A stretch of 64,000 bases of DNA, taken from the NCBI GenBank assembly GCA_017999675.1, contig JAGNLL010000003.1, forward strand, positions 74,071 to 138,070. Reading direction: 5' to 3'. The number at the start of each line of letters is the position of its first letter. Within the stretch, counting starts at the first letter, position 1. This stretch comes from Rickettsiales bacterium. GTDB lineage: Bacteria; Pseudomonadota; Alphaproteobacteria; Rickettsiales; UBA1997. The notes below the pieces were generated by a model. It made no database searches. It saw nothing but the letters and a program-made list of their open reading frames with translations, and was not told where the DNA came from. The translations under genes were made by a program, and so were the position numbers. Positions 37,719 through 47,806 of the stretch are shown one piece after another.

Positions 37719-38445
37719 AATTACCCAAGCTTTTATTTTTGCGGCAGGTCGCGGCGAGCGCATGAGGCCTCTTACCGACTCGATGCCTAAGCCTTTGGTT
37801 AAAGTTAACGGCAAGGCGATTATTGATTACGCGATTGAGAAGTTGGACAAAATTTCGGCGATTGAAAAAATAATCATTAACGGATTTTACCTGGCCGACC
37901 AGCTTGAGGCACACATTAAAAATTTGAATAATCCCAAAATTATTTTTTCGCGCGAAGTTGAAAAAGTTGAAACTGGCGGTGGGCTTGTATTCGCGGGGGA
38001 TAAAATCAATTCAGACGAGCCGCTTTTAACGATTAATGGCGACGTTTTGTGGCAAGATGCGGCGGGTGTTTCTGACATTGAGTTGATTTGCAGCCGGTGG
38101 CAAAAAAGCGATTGCGACATTCTTTTGGGGCTTAAAAAAACCGAAGATTATTTAGGCTACGAAGGTAATAAACACGGTGGTGGAGACTTTAACGTTGAAG
38201 GCAAAAATTTGCTGCGTTTTTTCGACCAAAAAATGACTCACGCTTTTGTTGGCCTACAAATTATTAACCCAAAAATTTTGCAAAACGCGCCAGAAAAATC
38301 TTTTTCAATGTCGCATTTTTACAAAGAAGCGGTTGGCGCAAATGGCTTAATGCAAAGGGTTAGCGGTGTTGAACTGGCGGGAAAATATTTTCACATTGGC
38401 ACGGTGGATGCGGTGAAAATGACGGAGGAAAATCTGGTTAAATAG
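37711..38445 (+). CDS. sugar-phosphate nucleotidyltransferase (MurU/mannose-1-P guanylyltransferase-like)
   Basis: FIFAAGRGERMRPLTDSMPKPLVKV is an NTP-transferase signature. The ATG at 37711 overlaps the upstream stop by 8 nt. Confidence 0.8.
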   Translation: MTKITQAFIFAAGRGERMRPLTDSMPKPLVKVNGKAIIDYAIEKLDKISAIEKIIINGFYLADQLEAHIKNLNNPKIIFSREVEKVETGGGLVFAGDKINSDEPLLTINGDVLWQDAAGVSDIELICSRWQKSDCDILLGLKKTEDYLGYEGNKHGGGDFNVEGKNLLRFFDQKMTHAFVGLQIINPKILQNAPEKSFSMSHFYKEAVGANGLMQRVSGVELAGKYFHIGTVDAVKMTEENLVK

Positions 38446-38447
38446 AA

Positions 38448-38596
38448 GCCCCGAGTGCGCTGACTGGACCCCGTCATTCGACGGGGTGACAACTTGGGGT
38501 GGCGTGAGTGGTGGTGCTTAATTCAATCTCGATGGACATCCCCAATCTCGATTGTCACCCCGTCGAATGACGGGGTCCAGTCAGCGCACTCGGGGC
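38448..38596. repeat. palindromic element family D, full copy (149 bp)
   Basis: The arms GCCCCGAGTGCGCTGACTGGACCCCGTCATTCGACGGGGTGACAA and its reverse complement flank a ~59-bp spacer. Each arm contains the sub-hairpin ACCCCGTC-ATTC-GACGGGGT. Confidence 0.95.
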
Positions 38597-38618
38597 CCCT
38601 AATGCAAATTTAAAATTC

Positions 38619-39416
38619 ATGAAAATCGTTTCTTGGAACATCAACTCACTGCGACTGCGTTTGTCGCTTTTAAAAAAATTTGTCGCCGAAAACGCGCCAG
38701 ACGTGGTTTGTCTGCAAGAAATAAAAGTGCAGGATGCAGATTTTCCGCTGCTTGAAGTAAAATCTTTAGGCTTCGAATTCGTCGAATTTTTCGGTGAAAA
38801 ATCTTACAACGGTGTGGCGATTTTGTCGAAATTTCCGCTGACAAAAATTGAAAAAATCGACGTGCTAAGCTACGGCCACAAACGCCACATTTCAGCCGCC
38901 CTTCAAACCAAAGTTGGTGAAGTTTTTTTGCACAATTTTTACGTGCCGGCGGGCGGCGATATTCCTGACGTGAGCTTGAATGACAAATTTGACCACAAGC
39001 TGAAATTTGTTGATTGGATGAGTGATTATTTTGCGCCGCAAAAAGACAAAAAAATCATTATTCTTGGTGACATGAATATTGCGCCATTAGAGCACGACGT
39101 TTGGTCGCACAAGCAGCTACTAAAAATTGTGTCGCACACGCCAATCGAAGTGGAAAAAATGACGCGTCTGCAACAAACACTAAACTGGATTGACACCCAC
39201 CGCCACTTCGTTGACGAGTCGCAAAAACTTTACAGCTGGTGGAGCTACCGCGCCAAAGACCCGCTTGGTGCTAACAAAGGCCGCAGACTCGACCACATTT
39301 GGGCAACGCCAAATTTGAAAAACCAAATTAAATCGATGAAAATTTACAAAGATTTTCGCTCTGAAACTCAGCCTTCAGATCACGTGCCAATCGAAACTGT
39401 TTTTGATTTTTCATGA
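38619..39416 (+). CDS. xthA: exodeoxyribonuclease III
   Basis: SWNINSLR, CLQEIK and the C-terminal SDHVP motif. Confidence 0.93.
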   Translation: MKIVSWNINSLRLRLSLLKKFVAENAPDVVCLQEIKVQDADFPLLEVKSLGFEFVEFFGEKSYNGVAILSKFPLTKIEKIDVLSYGHKRHISAALQTKVGEVFLHNFYVPAGGDIPDVSLNDKFDHKLKFVDWMSDYFAPQKDKKIIILGDMNIAPLEHDVWSHKQLLKIVSHTPIEVEKMTRLQQTLNWIDTHRHFVDESQKLYSWWSYRAKDPLGANKGRRLDHIWATPNLKNQIKSMKIYKDFRSETQPSDHVPIETVFDFS

Positions 39417-39835
39417 AAAAAATTCTCGTAAATTCAAAAGAAGAAATGGCGGCTTTGGCTGCTGAAATAGCGATCTCAGCGCAAGCGGGAAGCGTGATTG
39501 GCTTGAAGGGAACTTTGGGCGCGGGCAAAAGTTTTTTCGCTAAACATTTTGTTAATGCCTTGAGCGAAAAGCCGGTCGAGGTTTTGAGCCCGACTTTCAA
39601 TTTGGTTTATTCTTACGAGACTAAAAAAGGTGAAGTTTTTCACTTTGATTTGTACCGGCTAAAAAGTGAGGAAGAGCTTGAGAATATTGGGTTTTTTGAT
39701 GCTTTGAAAAGTGGAATTTGTTTGATTGAGTGGCCGGAGATTGCGGCGGATTTTTTGAAGAGAAATTATTTGGAGATTGAGATTAGGGCTGTTGTGGGTG
39801 CTGGGGAGGAGGCGCGGGAGGTTTTGGTTTTTTAA
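39413..39835 (+). CDS. tsaE: tRNA t6A37 biosynthesis ATPase TsaE
   Basis: P-loop GTLGAGKS and the FHFDLYRL motif. The start overlaps the xthA stop by 4 nt. Confidence 0.88.
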   Translation: MKKILVNSKEEMAALAAEIAISAQAGSVIGLKGTLGAGKSFFAKHFVNALSEKPVEVLSPTFNLVYSYETKKGEVFHFDLYRLKSEEELENIGFFDALKSGICLIEWPEIAADFLKRNYLEIEIRAVVGAGEEAREVLVF

Positions 39836-39849
39836 CGTAGATCGAGTGT

Positions 39850-39902
39850 GCGAATAACCACCCCAACCCCTCCTTCAAAAGGAGGGGTTGGGGTGGTTAT
39901 TC
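39850..39902. repeat. palindromic element family B, compact copy (53 bp)
   Basis: GCGAATAACCACCCCAACCCCTCCTT-CAAA-AGGAGGGGTTGGGGTGGTTATTC, lying between convergent tsaE and nrdR. Confidence 0.95.
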
Positions 39903-39927
39903 TCGAAAATCGATCTAAATATTGCCC

Positions 39928-40380
39928 CTACTGCTTCACCACCTGCTTAATAAATTTCTGAAAATCATCCGCCTTCTCAAAGTTTTTGTACACTGAGGCA
40001 AACCTTACAAACGCCACCTTGTCTAGCTTCTCCAGCGCCGTCATCACCAGCTCGCCAATCTTCGACGAAGCAATCTCCGTTTCATTTTCCATCTCCAGCT
40101 GACGCACAATATTGTTCACCAATTTCTCAACTTGCAGCTCAGCCACCGGTCTTTTTCTCACCGCCATTTCCACCGATTTTTTCAACTTTTCTGGATCAAA
40201 AATTTTCTTCTCACCATTTTTTTTAATCACCAAAATCTCACGCAGTTGCACGCGTTCAAAGGTTGTAAAACGTGAGTCGCAAGCAGTGCAGTAGCGGCGG
40301 CGTTTTACTGACTCGCCGTCGTCTGAAATGCGGCTGTCTTTAACTTGAGTTTCAATATTTGCACAAAATGGGCAGCGCAT
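39928..40380 (-). CDS. nrdR: transcriptional repressor NrdR
   Basis: MRCPFCANIETQVKDSR...CTACDSRFTTFE zinc ribbon plus an ATP-cone. The start is taken as Met9 of the track ORF, by frame arithmetic. Confidence 0.9.
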   Translation of the reverse strand: MRCPFCANIETQVKDSRISDDGESVKRRRYCTACDSRFTTFERVQLREILVIKKNGEKKIFDPEKLKKSVEMAVRKRPVAELQVEKLVNNIVRQLEMENETEIASSKIGELVMTALEKLDKVAFVRFASVYKNFEKADDFQKFIKQVVKQ

Positions 40381-40463
40381 AAAAAAATTAAATTTTGCTA
40401 GCAAAATTTAGCTAGAGGTTGAGTTGCTGCGCGCGACGTGAAGTCGCGCATTCGCAACGAAAT

Positions 40464-41568
40464 TTATTTTGGAAGAGTAGTCTCCGTTAAAGCCGCTTTA
40501 ATGAAGCCTTCGAGCTCTCCATCTAAAACGGCTTGGATGTTTCCTGTTTCGTAATCAGTGCGCAAATCTTTCACCATTTGGTAGGGATGCAGCACGTAAG
40601 AGCGAATTTGGTGGCCCCAGCTATTGTCGGTTTTTTCGCTTTCGCTTTTGGCCAAAACTTCTTTTTGTTTTTTCATTTCAAGGTCGAAGAGGCGCGATTT
40701 TAGCATCTTCATGCATTCGGCGCGATTTCTGATTTGCGAGCGGTCGTTTTGGCATTGCACGACAATGTTGGTTGGCAGGTGAGTCATTCTAACTGCCGAA
40801 TCGGTGGTGTTTACAGATTGCCCGCCGGGGCCGCTTGAGCGAAAAACGTCAATGCGCAAATCTTTTTCCTGCAAATCAATTTCAATGGTGTCGTCAATTT
40901 CGGGGTAAACCCAAACTGAGGTAAAACTGGTTTGGCGTTTGTCGTTGGCGTTAAATGGCGAAATGCGAACCAGCCTGTGCACGCCTGATTCCATCTTCAT
41001 CCAACCGTAGGCGAAGTGGCCCGAAATTTTTAGAGTTGCCGAGCGAATTCCCGCCTCGTCGCCCTCAAGCAAATTGATTATTTCAACCTTAAATTTTTTC
41101 GATGTGGCGAAGCGTTCGTACATGCGAAGAAGCATTGAGCCAAAATCGCAAGAGTCGGTTCCACCCGCACCCGCGTTGATGTCGAGGAAACAGTTGTTGC
41201 TGTCAACTTCGCCAGAAAATAGGCATTCAACTTCAAAAGTGTCGGCGGTTTTTTTCAAAACTCGTAGGGTTTTTTCAATGTCTGAAATAAGCTGCGCATC
41301 GCCTTCTAGCTTGGCTAAATCGAAATATTCGCGATTGTCTTTTAAGCCATTTTCAATCGCTAAAAAGGCGTTGAGGTTTCTTTCTAAATCAGATTTTTCT
41401 TTGAGAATTTTTTGGGCGGAAACTTGGTTATTCCACAATTCTGGGTCTTGCGACTGCTGGTTTAGATCAACTAGTTTTTCTTGCAGAATTTCTGGTTCAA
41501 AGACACCTCTTAATCAATGCCAGAGAGGTCGCGATCTGGCTGATCAAATTTTCAATTTCGGCGCTCAT
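40464..41568 (-). CDS. prfB: peptide chain release factor 2, requiring a programmed +1 frameshift
   Basis: Frame 0 from ATG 41568 gives MSAEIENLISQIATSLALIKRCL, then TGA. The +1 frame continues EPEILQEKLVDLNQQSQDPELWNN... into the track ORF, which carries the SPF and GGQ motifs (SGPGGQSVN). Confidence 0.93.
41497..41513 (-). other. RF2 autoregulatory frameshift site
   Basis: The minus strand reads AAGAGG-TGT-CTT-TGA-A. An SD-like AGAGG lies 3 nt upstream of the slippery CTT followed by in-frame TGA. Confidence 0.9.
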
Positions 41569-41649
41569 GAGATAAAATATTGATGTTTTGGGGAGGCAAA
41601 TTTAGGGTCCAGAGACTCTTCCTTCCTTTAAAATTTTTTCTACAAAAAC

Positions 41650-43074
41650 ATGACAGATTCAGCAAAAAAGTTTGACCTTTGCGTTATTGGCGCGGGTCCA
41701 GGTGGTTACGTTGCGGCAATTCGCGCGGCGCAATTGGGTTTAAAAGTTGGAATCGTTGAAGCCAATCACTTGGGAGGCATCTGCTTAAACTGGGGCTGCA
41801 TTCCAACTAAGGCGCTTTTGAAGTCGGCTGAAGTTCACCATCTTTTGCACAATTTGGATCAGTTCGGGTTCAGCGCTAAAGAAGTGAAATTTGATTTTGC
41901 AAAAATTATTGAACGCTCGCGCGGCGTATCAAAAAAGCTCAGCGGCGGCATTGCTGGCTTGATGAAAAAAAATAAAATTGAAGTGATTGACGGCTTCGCA
42001 AAATTTTTAGATGCTAAAAAAATCTCAGTTGAAAAAGACGGCAAAGTTGTGGCGCAAGTTGAAGCTACTTATTTCATCGTTGCTACCGGCGCTAGAGCAC
42101 GTGTGATTCCAGGTATGGAACCTGATGTTGAAAATATTTGGACCTACCGCGAAGCCATGACACCAAAGGCTTTACCAAAATCTTTGTTGGTTGTTGGATC
42201 TGGTGCGATTGGTGTGGAGTTCGCTTCATTCTACAAAAACATGGGCTCAGAAGTGACAATCATCGAAATGGCTGAAAATATTTTGCCGGTTGAAGATGAA
42301 GAAATTTCAAAATTGGCGCGTAAGTCTTTTGAAAAACAAGGCATTAAAATTGTCACGTCTGCAGCGCTAAAATCTTTGAAAAAAGGCAAAGGCTCTGTGA
42401 CTGCAACGGTTGAAGTTGCTGGAAAAGTTGAAGAGCTAACAGCTGAAAAAGTGATAATGGCTGTGGGAATTGTCGCCAATGTTGAAAATTTGGGACTCGA
42501 AAAAACCAAAGTAAAACTCGACAAAGGTCGCATCATCGCTAACGGATATTTGGAAACTTCTGAACCAAATATTTTTGCCATTGGCGACGTTGTTGGAGCG
42601 CCTTGGTTGGCTCACAAAGCTTCACACGAAGGCACAATCGCGGCAGAAAAAATTGCCAGCAAATTGAACAAATTTGACGCGAAAAAAGTGCATCCAATCA
42701 AAGTTGAAAACATTCCGGGCTGTACTTACTCAATGCCGCAAATCGCTTCAGTTGGTTTGACCGAGAAAAAAGCAATCGCTGCTGGCAAAAAAATTAAAGT
42801 TGGCAGATTTCCTTACATGGCCAACGGCAAAGCTATTGCTGCGGGCGAAACTGAAGGTTTGATTAAAGTTATTTTTGACGAAAAAACCGGCGAACTTTTA
42901 GGCGCGCATTTGATCGGCGCCGAAGTGACTGAAATGATTCAAGGATATGTCATTGCTAAACAAGCTGAGCTCACCGAAGAAGATTTAATGCACACAATTT
43001 TTGCTCATCCGACAATGTCAGAAATGATGCACGAAGCCGTGCTAGACGCTTACGGAAAGGTCATCCATTTTTAA
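41650..43074 (+). CDS. lpdA: dihydrolipoyl dehydrogenase (E3)
   Basis: FAD motif GAGPGGY, redox disulfide GGICLNWGCIPTK, C-terminal HAHPTMSE. Confidence 0.94.
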   Translation: MTDSAKKFDLCVIGAGPGGYVAAIRAAQLGLKVGIVEANHLGGICLNWGCIPTKALLKSAEVHHLLHNLDQFGFSAKEVKFDFAKIIERSRGVSKKLSGGIAGLMKKNKIEVIDGFAKFLDAKKISVEKDGKVVAQVEATYFIVATGARARVIPGMEPDVENIWTYREAMTPKALPKSLLVVGSGAIGVEFASFYKNMGSEVTIIEMAENILPVEDEEISKLARKSFEKQGIKIVTSAALKSLKKGKGSVTATVEVAGKVEELTAEKVIMAVGIVANVENLGLEKTKVKLDKGRIIANGYLETSEPNIFAIGDVVGAPWLAHKASHEGTIAAEKIASKLNKFDAKKVHPIKVENIPGCTYSMPQIASVGLTEKKAIAAGKKIKVGRFPYMANGKAIAAGETEGLIKVIFDEKTGELLGAHLIGAEVTEMIQGYVIAKQAELTEEDLMHTIFAHPTMSEMMHEAVLDAYGKVIHF

Positions 43075-43230
43075 TTTGACAAGTAAGAATTCGTTCATAT
43101 TTTGCCGCCGCCTTTCAGCTGCTAAAGTTGATTATTAGCCTTTTAAAAGGGCGAAATAAAAGATTTGCAGTCACCCGAAAGAAACTGGTCAGAAATGGCC
43201 AGATCCATCAAAACCATTTGGTTCAAAAAA

Positions 43231-43587
43231 ATGAAAAAACTATCTCTTATCATCGCTGCAGTTTCTCTTTTCGCTACTGCTGCTCAAGCTCAATCAGTTA
43301 AAGCTGCTGCTCCAGTAGCTGCTCCTGCTGCTAAAGCTGAAGTTAAAGCTGCTGCTCCTGTAGCTTCTAAAGCTGAAGTTAAAACTGATGCTGCTGCTCC
43401 AGTTGCTGCTGAAGTTAAAGCTCCAGTAAAAAAAGCTAAAAAAGCTAAAGCTAAAAAAGCTGAAGTTAAAGCTGAAGCTGCTGCTCCAGTTGCTGCTGAA
43501 GTTAAAGCTCCAGCTGCTGCTAAAGCTGAAGTTAAAGCTGCTGCTCCAGTAGCTGCTGCTAAAGTTGAAGCTCCTGCTAAAAAGTAA
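43231..43587 (+). CDS. secreted Ala/Lys/Pro/Val-rich tandem-repeat protein
   Basis: Signal peptide MKKLSLIIAAVSLFATAAQA, followed by repeats of KAEVKAAAPVA(A) and AEVKAP. I prefer the ATG at 43231 over the longer track ORF. Confidence 0.7.
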   Translation: MKKLSLIIAAVSLFATAAQAQSVKAAAPVAAPAAKAEVKAAAPVASKAEVKTDAAAPVAAEVKAPVKKAKKAKAKKAEVKAEAAAPVAAEVKAPAAAKAEVKAAAPVAAAKVEAPAKK

Positions 43588-43612
43588 TTAACTTTTTAAC
43601 TAAGTTTAAAAA

Positions 43613-43647
43613 ACCGGATCAACCAAAAGGTTGGTCCGGTTTTTTTT
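43613..43647 (+). terminator. rho-independent terminator
   Basis: Stem ACCGGATCAACC / GGTTGGTCCGGT with one wobble that is valid on the plus-strand RNA. The loop is AAAA and a T7 run follows. Confidence 0.8.
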
Positions 43648-43698
43648 GTTTCAAATTTTTTTAAGATTTCGACTTGCCTCTAAACATCTAGCGAGCTC

Positions 43699-44595
43699 TT
43701 ACTTTTCTCTCATGATCACAAAATCCACTAAATCAGCTAGCAGAGCGGCTTTGTCGCCAAAGATTTTTAGGTGACCTAGTGCTTGCTCACGCAAAAGTTC
43801 TAGCTGTTTTGTGGCTTGCTCCATGCCAATTACATCAACGATGCTGGCATTTTCTTGGGGTTTTTTGTGGATGGCTTCATCGATTCCAACCTTGCCAATA
43901 TCAACTCCAACATGGTCGAGAATGTCGTCTTTAATTTGAAAGGCTAATCCTAGGTCGTGAGCAAAATAGCGCAGAGCGTGACGTTGGTTGATTCCGGCGT
44001 GGCCCAGAATTGCGCCAATTTCGGCGGAAGCCATAAAAAGTTCGCCGGTTTTTAGGCGGTGTAATTTTGCCAATTCTTCTTTGCTAATTTTGCGATTGGC
44101 ATTTTCTAAATCGATCATTTGCCCGCCAGCCATGCCTTTAAAGCCGGCAGATTGTGCCACAACTTTAATTAATTCGCAGCGGGTTGAGGCTTCTTTGGCG
44201 GTTTCGGGAGTGGCTAAAATTTCGAAGGCGTAAGTTAGTAAAGAGTCGCCCGCTAGAATTGCCGTGGCCTCGGTGAATTGTTTGTGACAGGTTAAAATGC
44301 CGCGACGCATGTCGTCATTATCCATTGCTGGCAGGTCGTCGTGAATCAAAGAGTAAACGTGAATAAATTCCATCGCCGTTGCGGCGTTCAAAGATTCGAT
44401 TGGTGAAACACCAAAAATTTGTGCTGAAGCAATCACCAAAAATGGGCGAATTCTTTTGCCGTCAGAAAGCGTGCTGTAGCGCATTGCTTCAACTAACTTA
44501 GAATCGGTAAAATCGTGAGGTAGTAAGTCGCTCATGCGTTTTTGAACGAGAACTGAGCAGGCGAAGAGCGATTCTTTGAGAGATTTGCTGAGCAT
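43699..44595 (-). CDS. ispA: (2E,6E)-farnesyl/geranylgeranyl diphosphate synthase
   Basis: First DDxxD in LIHDDLPAMDNDDMRRG; second in FQIKDDILD. Confidence 0.9.
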   Translation of the reverse strand: MLSKSLKESLFACSVLVQKRMSDLLPHDFTDSKLVEAMRYSTLSDGKRIRPFLVIASAQIFGVSPIESLNAATAMEFIHVYSLIHDDLPAMDNDDMRRGILTCHKQFTEATAILAGDSLLTYAFEILATPETAKEASTRCELIKVVAQSAGFKGMAGGQMIDLENANRKISKEELAKLHRLKTGELFMASAEIGAILGHAGINQRHALRYFAHDLGLAFQIKDDILDHVGVDIGKVGIDEAIHKKPQENASIVDVIGMEQATKQLELLREQALGHLKIFGDKAALLADLVDFVIMREK

Positions 44596-44629
44596 GAAAA
44601 GAATTATTAAATAAAAACAAAGTCCCTAC

Positions 44630-44758
44630 CCAAACCGTCGGTTGAGCGGAGTCGAAACCATCGGAAGGTTCCTGCTTAAGAAATTAACAAGATCATTTTT
44701 GCCAACTCTGCGGAAAGAACCTTCCGATGGTTTCGACTCCGCTCAACCGACGGTTTGG
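44630..44758. repeat. palindromic element family E (42-bp perfect arms, 45-bp spacer)
   Basis: CCAAACCGTCGGTTGAGCGGAGTCGAAACCATCGGAAGGTTC and its exact reverse complement. Confidence 0.95.
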
Positions 44759-44781
44759 TTCCGCGGGAGTTAATGACCCTA

Positions 44782-44812
44782 TGCAGGACTGGGTTTGTAA
44801 CCCAGTCCTGCA
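44782..44812. repeat. separate 14-bp-stem hairpin downstream of uvrA
   Basis: TGCAGGACTGGGTT-TGT-AACCCAGTCCTGCA. There is no T-run. Confidence 0.85.
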
Positions 44813-44834
44813 GTAGGTAGGTGCTTTGTTGGAG

Positions 44835-47696
44835 TTACTTCAAAATCTTGGCTAAATATTTTCCCGTCACCGATTTTTTATTTTTCGCCACTTCTTCCGG
44901 AGTGCCTTCGGCAACGATGTAGCCGCCTTTTTCTCCTCCGCATGGACCAATGTCGATAATGTGATCGGCGGTTTTTAAAACATCCAAATTGTGTTCAATC
45001 ACTAAAATTGAATTACCGGCGTCAACCAAGGTGTGCAGAACTTTCAGAAGCTTGTTAATATCTTCAAAGTGCAAACCTGTGGTTGGTTCGTCAAGTATAT
45101 ACAATGTATCGCCCGTAGCTTTTCTGCTTAATTCTTTTGCCAATTTAATACGCTGAGCTTCACCACCAGAAAGCGTTGTGGCGCTTTGTCCAATGCGCAT
45201 GTAGCCCAAACCAACGTCGCACAAAGATTTAAATTTTTCGTAAATGTGCGGCATTGTCGAAAAGAACTCAGCGGCATCGTCAGCAGTCATTTCTAAAATA
45301 TCAGAAATCGATTTGCCTTTGTATTTCACTTCCAAAGTTTCGCGGTTGTAGCGCTTGCCGTGGCAAGTGTCGCAACGCACGTAAACGTCGGGTAAAAAGT
45401 GCATTTCGATTTTGATTAAACCGTCGCCTTGGCAAGTTTCGCAGCGTCCACCTTTTACGTTAAATGAAAATCTGCCAACTTTGTAGCCGCGCGATTTTGA
45501 CTCGGGCAAGTTGGTAAAAAATTCACGAATAAAAGTGAAAGCGCCAACGTAGGTACAAGGGTTAGAGCGAGGCGTACGGCCGATGGGCGATTGATCAATT
45601 TCAATAATTTTATCAATGAAATGCGTGCCCATTAGCGCTTCAAAAGGCCCCGGAACAACTTTTGATTTGTTTAAAAGTTTATTTAAAGCCGGATAAAGCG
45701 TTTTGATAATAAGGCTCGACTTGCCGCCACCAGAGATGCCAGACACCGCAGCAAAAATTTTCAAAGGCAAATTCAGCGTGACATTTTTCAAGTTGTTGAT
45801 CGTGGCACCTTTCAGGGTGATCATTTTTTTGGGATCAATTTTGCGGCGTTTTTTTGGAATTTCGATTTGCTTTTTGCCGCTTAAATATTGGCCCGTGATG
45901 CTGTTTGGATCGTTGATTACGTCTTTTGGAAGTCCCGCAGAAATAATTTCACCGCCGTGAATTCCGGCGCCCGGACCAACGTCGATCAAATATTGCGCCT
46001 CACGCATCATCTCTTCGTCATGCTCAACAACGATCACTGAATTTCCTAAATCGCGCAGATTTTTTAGCGTGGTAATAAGTTTGTCGTTATCTGATTGATG
46101 CAGACCAATAGAGGGCTCGTCGAGTACATACATCACGCCAGAAAGGCCTGAGCCAATTTGTGAAGCAAGGCGAATTCTTTGCGCTTCGCCGCCCGACAAA
46201 GTGCCGGCTTGGCGATTAATGGTTAAATATTCTAAACCAACATTACGCAAAAAGCCTAAGCGGCGCGTGATTTCTTTAAGCAAGCGCTCAGAAATTTGTT
46301 GCTGCATTGAAGTTAGTTTTTTCGGCAAGGCGTCAAACCATTCGACAGATTTTTCTACCGACATTTTGCTAACTTCGCCAACATGCAGCCCGTCAATTTT
46401 TACCGACAAAGCCTCTTCGTTCAGGCGATGGCCGTGGCAAGATTCGCAAGTTTTTAGTGTTTGAAATTTTGACAAATCGTCGCGCATCGACTCGCTTTCG
46501 CTTTCTAAATATCTTTTTTTCAAAGAATTCATCACGCCTTCGAAAGTCTTTTTAACCTTGATGGCTTTGAGTCCGTCTTCAATTTTAATTTCAACTTCTT
46601 CGCCGTTAGTGCCGTAGAAAATTATTTTTTTAACTTCGTCAGAAAGTTGTTTGAAAGGTGTGTCTAAGCTAAAATCGTAGTGAAGTGCCATTGCTTGCAA
46701 AACCTGCTGGTAGAAGCGTTCTTGCACGCCTTGCCACACTACGATTGCGCCGTTACGCAGGCTTAAATTTTCGTCTTCAACAACTAAATCTTCGCTAAAA
46801 TAAAGTTCGGTGCCAAGCCCGTCGCAATGTTTGCAGGCGCCAAATGGAGAGTTAAAAGAGAAAAGGCGCGGCTCGATTTCAGAAATTGTAAAGCCAGAAA
46901 CTGGGCAAGAAAATTTTTCGCTAAATACCAACATGTCGCCAGTTTTGTGAGTGCATTTTGCGCCTTCAGGAAGGCTTACAATTTCAACGTGAAGCAAACC
47001 TTCAGAAAGTTTTAAAGCGGTTTCAACCGAGTCGGCAAGCCTGTTGCCAAGATCTTCGGTGATTACCACGCGATCAACAATAATTTCGATGTCGTGTTTT
47101 TTGTTTTTGTCGAGAGAGGGTAAAATTTCGTTTAAGTCGTGAACTTTTCCGTCAACTTTAATGCGTTGAAAGCCTTGTTTGCGGGCGTTCATCATCTCTT
47201 TGCGATATTCGCCTTTTTGTCCGCGAACGATTGGTGCTAACAAATAAATGCGCGATTTTTTTGGTAGATCCAAAATTTTATCAACCATCACCGAAGCAGA
47301 CTGGCTTTCAATTGGCTTGCCGGTTTCTGGTGAATAAGGCACGCCAATGCGGGCAAATAAAAGGCGGTAGTGATCGTAAATTTCCGTCACGGTTCCAACA
47401 GTTGAGCGCGGATTGCGAGAAGTAGTTTTTTGGTCGATTGCAATGGAAGGAGAAAGGCCGGTGATTGACTCAACATCGGGCTTATCTTGCATGTCTAAAA
47501 ATTGGCGGGCGTAAGAAGAAAGGCTTTCAATGAAGCGGCGCTGCCCTTCGGCGTAAATGGTGTCGAACACCAAAGAAGACTTGCCCGAACCACTTAAACC
47601 CGTGACGACCACAAGTTGGTTTTTGGGAATTTCGATGCTGACATTTTTTAAATTATGCTCTTTAGCACCAACGACTTTGATGAATTTTTCTTCCAT
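44835..47696 (-). CDS. uvrA: excinuclease ABC subunit A
   Basis: Two ABC modules ([18 protein letters not shown]), zinc-finger Cys clusters, 953 aa. Confidence 0.97.
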   Translation of the reverse strand: MEEKFIKVVGAKEHNLKNVSIEIPKNQLVVVTGLSGSGKSSLVFDTIYAEGQRRFIESLSSYARQFLDMQDKPDVESITGLSPSIAIDQKTTSRNPRSTVGTVTEIYDHYRLLFARIGVPYSPETGKPIESQSASVMVDKILDLPKKSRIYLLAPIVRGQKGEYRKEMMNARKQGFQRIKVDGKVHDLNEILPSLDKNKKHDIEIIVDRVVITEDLGNRLADSVETALKLSEGLLHVEIVSLPEGAKCTHKTGDMLVFSEKFSCPVSGFTISEIEPRLFSFNSPFGACKHCDGLGTELYFSEDLVVEDENLSLRNGAIVVWQGVQERFYQQVLQAMALHYDFSLDTPFKQLSDEVKKIIFYGTNGEEVEIKIEDGLKAIKVKKTFEGVMNSLKKRYLESESESMRDDLSKFQTLKTCESCHGHRLNEEALSVKIDGLHVGEVSKMSVEKSVEWFDALPKKLTSMQQQISERLLKEITRRLGFLRNVGLEYLTINRQAGTLSGGEAQRIRLASQIGSGLSGVMYVLDEPSIGLHQSDNDKLITTLKNLRDLGNSVIVVEHDEEMMREAQYLIDVGPGAGIHGGEIISAGLPKDVINDPNSITGQYLSGKKQIEIPKKRRKIDPKKMITLKGATINNLKNVTLNLPLKIFAAVSGISGGGKSSLIIKTLYPALNKLLNKSKVVPGPFEALMGTHFIDKIIEIDQSPIGRTPRSNPCTYVGAFTFIREFFTNLPESKSRGYKVGRFSFNVKGGRCETCQGDGLIKIEMHFLPDVYVRCDTCHGKRYNRETLEVKYKGKSISDILEMTADDAAEFFSTMPHIYEKFKSLCDVGLGYMRIGQSATTLSGGEAQRIKLAKELSRKATGDTLYILDEPTTGLHFEDINKLLKVLHTLVDAGNSILVIEHNLDVLKTADHIIDIGPCGGEKGGYIVAEGTPEEVAKNKKSVTGKYLAKILK

Positions 47697-47770
47697 GAAT
47701 TGGGGGGAAATTTTAAAAATTAAAAACGCGAGGGCCGATTGTTAATTCATTGGTTCTTAATTCTGAAGCA

Positions 47771-47806
47771 GAAAAAAAGCCCGCCACGGTTTTTGCCGTG
47801 ACGGGC
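47771..47806 (-). terminator. rho-independent terminator ~235 nt downstream of pstS
   Basis: Stem GCCCGTCACGG / CCGTGGCGGGC on the minus strand, with one G-U wobble valid only on the minus strand. A T7 run follows. Confidence 0.75.

Noticed and set aside
41074-41583. A 169-aa plus-strand ORF overlapping the 5' half of prfB.
   Set aside because: It is antisense to a well-supported RF2 gene, and its sequence is low-complexity Ser/Phe/Lys with no motifs. The real feature at this locus is the +1 frameshift on the minus strand.
47697-47770. An SOS (LexA) box upstream of uvrA.
   Set aside because: The alphaproteobacterial GAAC-N7-GAAC direct repeat is not present. The best match is GAACCAATGAATTAAC, with only one half-site.
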